From the NCBI RefSeq assembly GCF_031769215.1, contig NW_026782190.1:682001-746000 (forward strand): a stretch of 64,000 bases of DNA, given 5' to 3'. Positions 12,801-24,700 of the stretch are shown here, in pieces. Under the pieces are notes generated by a model, which was not told where the DNA came from, searched no databases, and saw only the letters and a list, made by a program, of their open reading frames with translations. Source of the DNA: Ylistrum balloti. Its lineage: Eukaryota. Positions within the stretch are counted from its first letter, which is position 1. Each line of letters starts with the position of its first letter. Position numbers and translations under genes: made by a program.

Positions 12801-15389
12801 ACTATGACAACTAAAAGAGAATTGTCATAACAGAAATTTTGTGCCACATCTTCATTGTGAAGATCCAGATGGACCACATGTAAATGATTTTCCATATATA
12901 TGTAGCCATATTTTTTTATACAAATTTTTCTTAATTCATCAGATATCTAAGTCAAAGATTATTTTACTACATGTCAGAATTTTTTTTCTTCAATTGCTTT
13001 CCAAATATTGTAAATCTTTCAACTTTCCACCATTTGCTCGTTTAAATTTCAGTTCATGCTGCACAAGAATTTTGAGAAATTAACATTGTTATATAACTCT
13101 GTTGTCCAAAGTTTTTATTGTCTTGCAGACTCCACATATAAACATCTGTTTTCATCTGGAGAGGTTTCTTACAATCATTAGAGGTGTTAACATAAGGAGG
13201 AGAATGACACAGCAACCATCTAATCTGGTCCAAACAAATAGAAAATTCTGTTTTTGTTCCCATCCCCTTCCTCCCCCAACGGTTATTACACAACAAACCT
13301 TCAACTGATATCTAGTCACACTTTCAATGTCAATGGTCATCAATACATCTACTATATACAGGACAGAAGGATGTAACAAATCTGACTAACACATTGAAAA
13401 ACAAGTGACTGAAAGTATCAGCAAGACAGCAATTACTTGTAACTTAATCCCCACAAAGACTGACTTAAAGGGACATCACTGTAAAAACATTAATTTTGGT
13501 AACAAATGTTCATGTTTTATACATTTCAAGTTAGGTTTCTATGCTATCCCAACATTCAAGGTTGATTTCCAATGTCCAGTTTGACCACTTTTTTGATTTG
13601 GAAACCCCTCTCAATGAAGCACAAGAAGTTCGTTTTGGAAACACGAACACATAATGGCTGGCAAAAGTGACAGCGACAGTAGTGACAATGTTGATGTACT
13701 TGATATATCCCAAAATAAAATAGGAGTAAAATAAAAAGTTGCTTTAATGTGATGTTGCTTTAATATCATAATCCAATGAAAATAGAAGAGATCTGTGTCT
13801 ACAAGATTTAAAACCCATGCACTACATATATCAATGCATGAGGAGTTATGACTTGTATTGTAATCTGGCAACTTCATCGAAGCATGGCAACTATCAATAG
13901 AGAAGCCACAACAGACCTGAGCTGCCCCGTCTAGTAAACTCTCACTTTCATGATAAATGTCAAGATTACTATATTGTTAGTTTAAATGCAGGTATTTTTA
14001 AAAGTAAAAGACAAACTATGAAGTAATATTTCAGATTTACTATCATCATTATAATATTAGAGGTACTGATAAATCTTGTCCTCTGATGGATATATCAATT
14101 AAAGAACTCTGATCAATTCTTTCCAATAAAATACCATTTTTTAAAATCTTTTTTTTCTTTTTATTGAAGCACAAATCATGACTCAGAAAAAAAGATATTT
14201 AAAAGCAGGTAAATAACTGTTTCAAAACTCAGTTAAATTTTTTTTGTTACATTGTAAGATACTAAAACAATAAAAGTTATTTGAAGATGATATCCAACGA
14301 AGAAAATGTAATTTTTTCTATAAAGTAAACTATCATACATGCCACATAGAATTACAATTCACCTCCTTTGGCCCTAATTTTCTAATATTAAATACTTGCC
14401 AGCATATTTGCTAACAGCGTATGGCTGCCTGGAGTTCTTCTTCATCTCTGAATGCACAAATGAGACTATGTCTGGTCGAATAGGGGCCCTGAAAACAGCT
14501 GGCAGGGTGACATTGACGTCAGTGGTCTCACCCTTATTGTCATAGATGCTGATCAACGGTCTTGCAGCCTAAAACAAACAAAATTTAATATCAAGACTCA
14601 GACCTATGGATTACACAAAAATTGGTTCCCCTTCTTCCAAGGATGCTTCAGACCACATTTGATTAAAAAGATTTAAGAACAGTTGTAATCTAAAGGAAAA
14701 GTTGACAAATGAAGGACGGATAGATGCAGAGGTACCTAGTTTTGATACTAGTAAAATGGAAAAATTTTATCAGTCAATAACATGTGCATGCATGCAGAAT
14801 TAATCAGTGTCTGATAATTTGACAAACTGATATAATGGATATAGAGTGCAAAAGAAATGTATTAATTTGTTGGTAAATCCCCCCTTCATTTCTACAGGCT
14901 TTTCCTCAGAAGACCGACCTCAGGAAATCTGAAACATGCCATATCCCTAAAACCCATACCTTGACCACAGGGATTGGTGAAAGAAAATACATGTGCGACC
15001 CATATCCATTATTTTATCATTTGTAACATGCAACTCTTGCGAGCAAATGGAGACCAACGAGTGGCAGCTGTTAGTCTGTAACCTATTGAAATGAACCTTA
15101 CGTTATATATTTATGTCTTTCTAACTAGCAATGCTTTCATGTATTCTTACTACTTTAGCAGCACTACAATAAATATTTCATATAAGAGCTGCAAAATGTC
15201 CGATAACACTTCCCCCACGTGTTCCACGCACTACTGAATGTCTACCGGTAAGTGTTTTCATGGCTTTAATCTAAAATACCCGTTATTTCTGAGTAACATG
15301 TCTCGAAATAAATTGAGGAGCTATTAAGCGTGTAAGTTTTCGGTATTCTATATCCAATATTGTATCTATTTTGATATATTTATTACCAT
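6854..15389 (-). CDS. RPL4: 60S ribosomal protein L4 (uL4), 9 coding exons, 346 aa
   Basis: Exons (minus): 15387-15389 (ATG), 14400-14568, 12387-12632, 11875-11999, 9434-9563, 7867-7990, 7534-7617, 7324-7354, 6854-6982; total 1041 nt, all phases consistent. Translation [15 protein letters not shown]...[10 protein letters not shown]...[56 protein letters not shown]...[11 protein letters not shown]...[17 protein letters not shown] matches uL4 hallmark motifs. Confidence 0.97.
8153..8224 (-). ncRNA. SNORD18: Box C/D snoRNA U18, intact copy in RPL4 intron 5
   Basis: Minus: box C ATGATGA, guide TTGGTCCGTGTTT (antisense to 28S AAACACGGACCAA), D' TTGA, box D CTGA. RPL4 is the known vertebrate U18 host. 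Confidence 0.88.
8444..8480 (-). pseudogene. Internally deleted U18 copy
   Basis: Retains the guide and box D, but the segment between D' and D is deleted and box C is lost. Confidence 0.7.
8732..8804 (-). ncRNA. SNORD18: Box C/D snoRNA U18, second intact copy in intron 5
   Basis: Same C, guide, D' and D elements as 8153-8224. Confidence 0.85.
9158..9229 (-). ncRNA. SNORD18: Box C/D snoRNA U18, third intact copy in intron 5
   Basis: Same C, guide, D' and D elements as 8153-8224. Confidence 0.85.
9655..9900 (-). mobile_element. Degenerate HINE-like fragment in RPL4 intron 4
   Basis: AAAAGATCCCAGACAGATCTTGACACCC terminus and a GGGCACAACCAGGGACCAAAGAGAACCTA block resembling the other copies. 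Confidence 0.45.
10027..11282 (+). mobile_element. Internally deleted IS630/Tc1/mariner (ITm) DNA transposon in RPL4 intron 4
   Basis: 26-bp perfect TIR CTACCGATGAAGGGAAGGTGTGAACG, extending imperfectly to ~85 bp; TA at 10025-10026 and 11283-11284. Transposase remnant (~10290-10500) [11 protein letters not shown]...[13 protein letters not shown] is the C-terminal part of a DDE_3-type catalytic domain. Confidence 0.9.
12083..12150 (-). ncRNA. SNORD18: Box C/D snoRNA U18, diverged paralog in RPL4 intron 3
   Basis: Minus: GTGATGA tctgcc TTTGGTCCGTGTTT TTGA ... ATGATA ... acagggcata CTGA. Confidence 0.88.
12716..12845 (-). ncRNA. Box H/ACA snoRNA (copy A), predicted guide for 18S Psi at the human 105 / yeast 106 position
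   Basis: Two hairpins, H box AGATGA, ACA box. The 3' pocket strands CATAACT and TTTAA pair with conserved 18S UUAAA-U-C-AGUUAUG; the pocket top is ~15 nt from ACA. Confidence 0.78.
13793..13926 (-). ncRNA. Box H/ACA snoRNA (copy B), paralog of 12716-12845
   Basis: H box AGATTA, ACA box, identical 3' pocket guides. Compensatory stem changes between the copies (TATGAC/GTCATA versus TGTGGC/GCCATG). Confidence 0.8.
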
Positions 15390-15434
15390 TTTCGCTGTGC
15401 GGGCTGAAACGTGCACTTCTCGTGGCTACTTGGC

Positions 15435-15443
15435 GGAAAAAGG
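15435..15443 (-). promoter_or_regulatory. 5' terminal oligopyrimidine (TOP) tract / probable RPL4 TSS
   Basis: Minus strand reads CCTTTTTCC ~45 nt upstream of the ATG, which is followed directly by a GT donor; typical ribosomal-protein gene layout. Confidence 0.75.
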
Positions 15444-15656
15444 CCGATTTTCGTGGCGCATTAATATGATATCGTAAAAATTTCATTTAGTGCTAACTTT
15501 ACCTAATTTAATTTTTCAGAATCAAGAAATAAGAATTTTGGCATAAAAGAATTAGATTAATATTGTTTATATTTCAATCGTGATAGTCATTAAATCTCGT
15601 AGTATGGAACTATATTTTAAAGCATAATAATCTATAACGGATGTAGGTTGTTCGAA

Positions 15657-15670
15657 CACTTCCTGTCAGC
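15657..15670 (+). promoter_or_regulatory. ETS-type motif CACTTCCTG(TCAGC) in the RPL4/TUBGCP4 bidirectional promoter
   Basis: ACTTCCTG core ~55 nt upstream of the TUBGCP4 ATG; the same 14-mer occurs at 56626-56639. Confidence 0.5.
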
Positions 15671-15722
15671 AGTGCCATCTTCAGTGATTTGAGAGAAAAC
15701 AAAATATTCTGCGAAGTTTGAA

Positions 15723-18700
15723 ATGCTTCATGAGATATTATTTGCTCTTTCAGGACATTCTGGTGGTCTTTTTGTAGATAACAATGAAGAAATCAAGGTG
15801 ATTAATTCATTAATTTATCTTATAAGTTGTCAATGCCTAGTTATAGTATGTCTTTCTGACATATTCATCAAGTTTGATCACTTGTTTTTCAACTGCCTCT
15901 TTGACACTTCTCGATTAATACAGGTGCTGTCAGATGTACCATTCATTTGTCCATCCGAAATCGATTTGTTGAACAAGCTGTGTCAGCTGGGGACTAACTA
16001 CAGAGACTTCAACGCATTTATAAAAGAGAACGGAGGAACTTTAAGTTTGAAACAAGATGGTAATTTTATGCAAAATGAAATGTAAATATGTCACAACTCA
16101 CTCAGTTTTATCAAAACTGTTGTATCCCTGGTATAATGCTTTTCACAATATACGGCTCTACTAGAGAAAACTTATATTTAGCTTGATTGACTGACCATCA
16201 GACTTGTAAGCCAGGAGTCTCAGGTTCTAATTGTAGCAGAGCCATTGAATCAGATTGTGACCTTTTTTACATTGGCGTCAATGTAGGGAGTTGAGATTAA
16301 TACTTAGCCATGCCCTAAAAACATCGTTGTAACCTGAGGAAACTCAATAACATGTTACTTCCAGGAGGGAGAGTATGTATCTGTGGTAAACTTCTAGCAC
16401 CGATGTTTCGCTTGCTAGAGAGACATTCTCTTTTTCTTGACTAGTAAGCCTGAGATCCCAAGGTTCAAATTGTTCAAGTTGATAAAATGTTTAGGTGTCG
16501 TCAGTGTAAAGAGCAGTGTTTGTAGTGATGCAATGGCATTCATTTAACACATATTTACGCTGTTAGAAAAGAATTAATGAAACTAACAGAAGGTGGGTCA
16601 ATTCCTTGAGACTAGGTATTTTCATTAGGTACTTTGTAGTGTCTTAAAGCCAAGAGGTTTCATAATAAATGCATTGAATTTAGGTTTTTCCTGCAGTGCT
16701 GAATCATTTATTCATACTTTAAAATGCTACTTTGTTTTCAGGATCTGGTAAAATTGAGGGTATTCATGGACTGTACCTGAAATCATTTTGTCATGGCCTT
16801 GACCAGTTGTTGGATGACTACCGTCAAGCCCTTCACAGATTAGAGATGGACGCACTACAGGACCCACATCTACCAATCTCACATCTGCTGTGCTCTCTCC
16901 AGGAGGTGAGTCTTTTAGTTAGGACTACTCATTGAAGATGTATATGCCCTCTCACAATCAGGCTGTCTGTCTTCCTCTGTCTGTTGTTTTGTTTTCAACA
17001 TTTCAGTATTGAAAACATTTTGTTACAAACGTTATAAAGCAAGACTGACCAGAATCAAATGAGAATGTTCCTGATCAAAATTCAAGTACAATGAGTTCTG
17101 ATTAAAGCCAAAAGTCATATTTTCTGTCTCTTTCACAAGTAAATACAGATTTACAGAATGAAACAAAGATGTGAAGTGGGGAATCACTTATAGGATTGGG
17201 GTTAAATGTCAAATACTAGATGTTTTTACCGCTAAAAAATTGTTATGACATTATAAACCAGAATGATCAGTATAATAATCAGATTTCTATGTAAATATTC
17301 TACATTGTATTACTTAACAGGTAAATAATTTAGTCTCAGTAATAAAAAAAATAAAGATTGATTTAAATAAATCAAAGAGAATTAGAATTCAATGAAGAGT
17401 CTCAATGCAGCAAGAGGAAATATGTTACAAAGTGCAGTCTGTTTCACAACACTATCAATGAATTTCTTTTTTCTACAAAATTAATGCAGTTGAACATGCA
17501 TCGAAATTGTATCATGTATCAAATATAATGTGTATTCAGCATATAAAATCAATAATTCTTTATCAAGGTTAACTCTGTAAAGCTTAGGATTAGAGACAGA
17601 AACATTGCATGGCCCTTTCTATCAGAACTCTAGTTACCTTTAATTTATCTAGTGCCATGATTTTTAGTTACAAAGCAAATACTTCTGTGGTAATTATGGT
17701 AAGATCTGACATGTTATAAAGAAAATTACATGTATATATATCTGTACATCTATAATAAATACAAGTAAATTGTATTGAGTATGCTCAAACATATATATGT
17801 TTAATTTTGATGAATTGTCTTTTGATTTATATGTTTAAGAACAAAATACTCCATTTTTGAGGAAATACTCATTTCAATGTTGACAAAATGTTGTTTGTAT
17901 TCTATGCTTTCACATCATCATGTTCTTTAAAATGATTGACATTGACTTATCTGTTTTTAGTACAATCTTCTTTTCCCTGCTCTCGCTGCAGTTGTGGAAC
18001 AGATATGCAATCACAAGGTAATATAGAATGAAAAGATGTTCCTTAACTATAATCAGGTGGAATGATAAAATGAAAGCTATGATTTAAGTCTTTGTTTAAT
18101 GGATAAATATGATAATGCAGTGAAATATGTCTGCTTGGTATTTCAGGCCCATGGATGTTATATCCTGGATATTCTACATAAGAATTCAATGTGTGGCCTT
18201 CCTGTTGTCAAACTTGCCATGCATAGGTAAAATGAACTGCTATTCTGTAGTATAATATGAGATGTCAGTGTTTCATAGATAAATGTGAAGAGGTCATCTG
18301 TAAACTTTTTTTGTAAGCTCTTTGATGAATTGAAACACACATACATTGATAAAAATTTTGCAATGATTTCTGCAGTTGCTGCATGGTAACATGACAATTT
18401 AGACTTACAATGATGTGATATTGGAACTGTACAAATATTTGTTTATAAAGTAACCCAAACAATATCACCCCCCCCCCCCCCCACCTCCCCTATGTACATT
18501 GGTTTACATAAAAGGTTTATGATTTACTTTTTAGAATCCTACATGTTTGTCATGCTGTCATGTACAAACAATTGTGTTCTTGGCTCCTACATGGTGTACT
18601 GTTTGACCCTTACCAAGAATTCTTCATACAGCACTCATCAGATGAGGATATTAACCAAAATGCATCTTCGAAGGAGGATGAAGATGATCTGGGTCTTCTG

Positions 18701-21700
18701 GGGGTCACAGGTAGACAGTTACAGGTAACTACCGGGTAAGGTTGTTTCTTGGGGTCACAGGTAGATAATTAGTGGTAACTAAGGGTATTTCTAGGAGTCA
18801 TAGGGTCACATCTTCAGGTAACTAAGAGTGTTTCTGGGAGTCACAGGAAAATTTTTTACAGCCAACAGGTAACTAGGGATGTTTCTGGGAGTCACATGTA
18901 GATAGTTATCAGTAAGAAAGTGTGTTTCTAGGTAGATAGTTACATGTAGATAAGGGTGTTTCTGGGAGTCACAGGTAGATCGTTATCGGTAAGAAAGTGT
19001 GTTTCTTGGTAGATAGTTACATGTAGATAAGGGTGTTTCTTGGAGTCACAGGTAGATCGTTATCAGTAAGAAAGTGTGTTTCTAGGTAGATAGTTACATG
19101 TAGATAAGGGTGTTTCTGGGAGTCACAGGTAGATCGTTATCAGTTAGAAAGTATGTTTCTAGGTAGATAGTTACATGTAGATAAGGGTGTTTCTGGGAGT
19201 CACAGGTAGATCGTTATCAGTAAGAAAGTGTGTTTCTTGGTAGAGTCACAGGTAGATCGTTATCAGTAAGAAAGTGTGTTTCTTGGTAGATAGTTACATG
19301 TAGATAAGGGTGTTTCTGGGAGTCACAGGTAGATCGTTATCAGTAAGAAAGTGTGTTTCTTGGTAGATAGTTACATGTAGATAAGGGTGTTTCTGGGAGT
19401 CACAGGTAGATCGTTATCAGTAAGAAAGTGTGTTTCTTGGTAGATAGTTACATGTAGATAAGGGTGTTTCTGGGAGTAGTTACATGTAGATAAGGGTGTT
19501 TCTGGGAGTCACAGGTAGATCGTTATCAGTAAGAAAGTGTGTTTCTTGGTAGATAGTTACATGTAGATAAGGGTGTTTCTGGGAGTCACAGGTAGATCGT
19601 TATCAGTAAGAAAGTGTGTTTCTTGGTAGATAGTTACATGTAGATAAGGGTGTTTCTGGGAGTCACAGGTAGATCGTTATCAGTAAGAAAGTGTGTTTCT
19701 TGGTAGATAGTTACATGTAGATAAGGGTGTTTCTGGGAGTCACAGGTAGATCGTTATCAGTAAGAAAGTGTGTTTCTTGGTAGATAGTTACATGTAGATA
19801 AGGGTGTTTCTGGGAGTCACAGGTAGATCGTTATCAGTTAAGAAAGTGTGTTTCTTAGGTAGATAGTTACATGTAGATAAGGGTGTTTCTGGGAGTCACA
19901 GGTAGATCGTTATCAGTAAGAAAGTGTGTTTCTTGGTAGATAGTTACATGTAGATAAGGGTGTTTCTGGGAGTCACAGGTAGATCGTTATCAGTAAGAAA
20001 GTGTGTTTCTTGGTAGATAGTTACATGTAGATAAGGGTGTTTCTGGGAGTCACAGGTAGATCGTTATCAGTAAGAAAGTGTGTTTCTAGGTAGATAGTTA
20101 CATGTAGATAAGGGTGTTTCTGGGAGTCACAGGTAGATCGTTATCAGTTAGAAAGTGATGTTACATGTAGATAAGGGTGGTAGATAGTTACATGTAGATA
20201 AGAAAGTGTGTTTAGTTGGGAGATCGTTACAGTGTGGTAGATCGTTATCAGTAGATCGTTAGAAAGTGTGTTTCTTGGTAGATAGTTTCATGTAGATAAG
20301 GGTGTTTCTGGGTGTCACAGGTAGATCGTTATCAGTAAGAAAGTGTGTTTCTTGGTAGATAGTTACATGTAGATAAGGGTGTTTCTGGGAGTCACAGGTA
20401 GATCGTTATCAGTTAGAAAGTGTGTTTCTTGGTAGATAGTTACATGTAGATAAGGGTGTTTCTGGGAGTCACAGGTAGATCGTTATCAGTTAGAAAGTGT
20501 GTTTCTAGGTAGATAGTTACATGTAGATAAGGGTGTTTCTGGGAGTCACAGGTAGATCGTTATCAGTAAGAAAGTGTGTGTGTTTCATGTAGATAAGGGT
20601 GTTTCTGGGAGTCACAGGTGGTAGATAGTTACATGTAGATAAGGGTGTTTCTGGGAGTCACAGGTAGATCGTTATCAGTAAGAAAGTGTGTTTCTTGGTA
20701 GATAGTTACATGTAGATAAGGGTGTTTCTGGGAGTCACAGGTAGATCGTTATCAGTAAGAAAGTGTGTTTCTTGGTAGATAGTTACATGTAGATAAGGGT
20801 GTTTCTGGGAGTCACAGGTAGATCGTTATCAGTTAGAAAGTGTGTTTCTAGGTAGATAGTTACATGTAGATAAGGGTGTTTCTGGGAGTCACAGGTAGAT
20901 CGTTATCAGTTAGAAAGTATGTTTCTAGGTAGATAGTTACATGTAGATAAGGGTGTTTCTGGGAGTCACAGGTAGATCGTTATCAGTTAGAAAGTATGTT
21001 TCTAGGTAGATAGTTACATGTAGATAAGGGTGTTTCTGGGAGTCACAGGTAGATCGTTATCAGTTAGAAAGTGTGTTTCTTGGTAGATAGTTACATGTAG
21101 ATAAGGGTGTTTCTGGGAGTCACAGGTAGATCGTTATCAGTAAGAAAGTGTGTTTCTTGGTAGATAGTTACATGTAGATAAGGGTGTTTCTGGGAGTCAC
21201 AGGTAGATCGTTATCAGTAAGAAAGTGTGTTTCTTGGTAGATAGTTACATGTAGATAAGGGTGTTTCTGGGAGTCACAGGTAGATCGTTATCAGTAAGAA
21301 AGTGTGTTTCTAGGTAGATAGTTACATGTAGATAAGGGTGTTTCTGGGAGTCACAGGTAGATCGTTATCAGTTAGAAAGTATGTTTCTAGGTAGATAGTT
21401 ACATGTAGATAAGGGTGTTTCTGGGAGTCACAGGTAGATCGTTATCAGTTAGAAAGTGTGTTTCTTGGTAGATAGTTACATGTAGATAAGGGTGTTTCTG
21501 GGAGTCACAGGTAGATCGTTATCAGTTAGAAAGTATGTTTCTAGGTAGATAGTTACATGTAGATAAGGGTGTTTCTGGGAGTCACAGGTAGATCGTTATC
21601 AGTAAGAAAGTGTGTTTCTTGGTAGATAGTTACATGTAGATAAGGGTGTTTCTGGGAGTCACAGGTAGATCGTTATCAGTTAGAAAGTATGTTTCTAGGT

Positions 21701-24700
21701 AGATAGTTACATGTAGATAAGGGTGTTTCTGGGAGTCACAGGTACACAGCTACATGTAACTAAAGATGTTTATATAAGTCACTATTGGACAGTGGTAAAT
21801 AAGGGCTCTCTTTATCACTAGCTAATATTTATAGATAAAGAAGTGAGTGTGTGTGTGTGAAGTGGGAGTGGGGCGTGTTGTTTCAGATGATGTGAGGTGA
21901 TCTCATTATCACTAGCTAATATTTATAGATAAAGAATGGGTTGTTAGTAGTGGAGATCAGTAGTGGTGTTACCTTTGATTAACATATCTTTTCTGTTTGT
22001 CTTGCAGCGTGCACTGTCTTTGACCTTACCTGCAGTAGAGAGCAGTAGTGGGGGTAGTAAGTTCTGTCTGAGAGCCAATCTTCTACCAGTCTACATCCCT
22101 GTCCGTGTCGCCAACAAGATTCTCTTCACTGGCGAGGCTATCCAGATGTTTGAGAGTGACAAAAAACCCAATGCTTTCAAACGAGGTAATTTGTTCTCTT
22201 TATAATTATTATTGTCCTTGAAATTAAATTATATAGTTTTCAGCAAGTTTATCTGGTAAAAATTTGATTTGTAAGCATGCATGACTCTCAGTCAATCCAG
22301 AATAATGCTATAGATATCCAGTTTATTTTGATAATTTCTAGGAGGTATACTGAAGAACAAGGAAGATGAGTTTGCCAAGGATCTGTATGAAATGTCTAAG
22401 CAAGAGGAATTCAATGGGATGATGTTTGAGTCCATGGTGGATAAAATCAGGACCTATGTGGCCGAGGTAAGATCAGAAGTAGTGGACTAAAGCTCAGGAA
22501 TAGGTCACAGCAAGCAAGCACGGTGGTTTTTGTTTGTTTGTATTGAAGTTATTTGAATTTTTTTTTATATATATAAAAGTCCATTTTTAATCATGTAAGG
22601 TATAGAAGTAGTAAAAGGTCAATGATTTTAGTACTCCTGTTAGTACTAAGTAAGCTTATATTACATCCTCAAATTTGTCTTTTAGCATTTGTGGAGTTTG
22701 GTTGTTCAAGACTCTGATCTTCTCAGTCACATGAAGATCATAAAGGATTTTTATTTGCTGGGACGTGGGGAGCTTTTCCTTACATTCATTGATCAAACCC
22801 AGACCATGCTTCGAGTCCCACCAGTGGGAACTACAGAACACGGTAAGTTTACACCATTAAGAAATACTTACAATGAAGATTGCGCAAACTTGTTGCCCAT
22901 CTGGATATAGAGATAGGTTTAGCAGTTTTTGTTGACTTGAAATAATTATGAAATATTAAGGTGATGTTGTTTGACAGAATTAAAGATATTCCTGATACAT
23001 GTTATTTATGATTGTGGACAAATTGCAAAATTCATTTGATTTCTAATTTTTTGTGCATTCCAAAACTGTTTTTGGAAGCAAATAGTCAGTGCTTTGTTGG
23101 TTGTTCCATCAATCTGTCAGTCTGTCCTTATGTGTCTAGAGCATAACTTTGCAAACAGTTAAGCAAGAATTATGAAACTTGGTATATATGTTGGTCATAT
23201 TAAGGTCATGTGCAGTGTACATGTACCAAATTTAGAGCTTCAACCCCTCAGTTATAAGTGTTATTGCATAGATTTGCTTGTGTTTATACTAGGATAAATT
23301 AAGGCCCGCAACCCCTTAATTACAGGGTTAATGCACTTTTTTAAAATTTGCTAGTTTGAGGTTTGATGATAAATAATTTGAGGCAAGTTTTTGTACTGTT
23401 GGTGGTACTGTTGTTTTTATTTCAAACCAGCTTTTATATTATGATTAGTCTCCATTTAACAGATGTCAACACTGCCTTCCAGCAGTCAGCACGGAATGTT
23501 CTTATCGATGACGAAGAGCTTCTCCAGAGATTCCATTTAACAGTGGCCTACAAAGCTCCAGAGAAAAGTAGATAATATGACTTATGTTCAATCATGTTTT
23601 TGTACTGTTGATGTTAATCAAATCAGAGATGTAGATAATGTAATAATACTCGCGTTCAAATCATTTTTCTTGTACAATTGATGTTAATCTGATCAGATAA
23701 GTAGATAATGTAATATCACTGATGTTCAGTAATATTTCATATGTGTGATGTTGTTCTGAAGAAAATACTTCAAACATCATTCAGTTGATAAGTCAGTTAT
23801 ATTTTGTCAACAGAGCAGACTGCAGATAGTGTTTCTTCCGTAACTCAGTCAGCCTCAGTAGAGAGTGGCTGGGCTTCACTTGGTCTTGCTCATACTGTTC
23901 AGTGGCCGCTCCATATATTCTTTACACCTTCTAGCCTTCAAAAGTAAGTACATTTAATTTATAGATAGAACATCTTGCCAGATCTTTTTAGTGCTTGCAT
24001 TTAGTACACATTTCAGTCTGTCAGTGTACTGTATCGGATGTCATAGGACTTCAGTGTCTTTTTCTTATTTTCAATCATTTCAGTTTTGGTAATTGAGTGA
24101 AAGAAAATCCCTGACGAGAGATTGATTCTTGTTTCCTTTTCTACATTCCAGTGGTCCTTAGATATCCAATACCTGATGTAGACTATTCTCTCAGTGTTCT
24201 GAACTGGTTTTTCTCCAGATTGTTTGGTTTATTGGATTAAGGGTATTGGTGTAACGATAGGTTGACTTATTGATGTATTGTGATAGCTTTGCTCAATAGC
24301 AATAGGTCATTAGCATATTTTCAAGTCAATAACTATCGCAATAGTTCGTTCAGCTATCGATTGTGAATGATAATTCTAAACATAGGCAAAAATGCTACCT
24401 GAAAGAAAGATTTGCACCAAGTTACAGCCAAATGGCTGCAAGCCTTTATTTATTTATGAAAGCGCCATTGGGACCTTCATGGGGGTAGTGCTAAATACAA
24501 CAATGTCACAATTACTTACTTATAGTATGGAAACAGAATTTTGAACACAAGTTGTTACATCAATGAGAGGTTAACTTGAAACAAGTTATTGTTTCCAAAT
24601 ATAATCTAATTAAATCTACAAACTATGATTTTCTGTTATGCACTATATTCTCACTTTCTGTTATGTTTCATTTATTCCTTGAAATTAAGTACCTGATATC

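Noticed and set aside
14895-15025. Possible C/D snoRNA in RPL4 intron 1 (ATGATAA...CTGA; includes CTGAGGTCG, complementary to the 28S 5' end)
   Set aside because: Box C is mismatched, there is no terminal stem, and a 9-nt match is within chance.
18900-21750. CRISPR-like array
   Set aside because: Head-to-tail satellite with no unique spacers, in a eukaryotic intron; the same applies to the other arrays.
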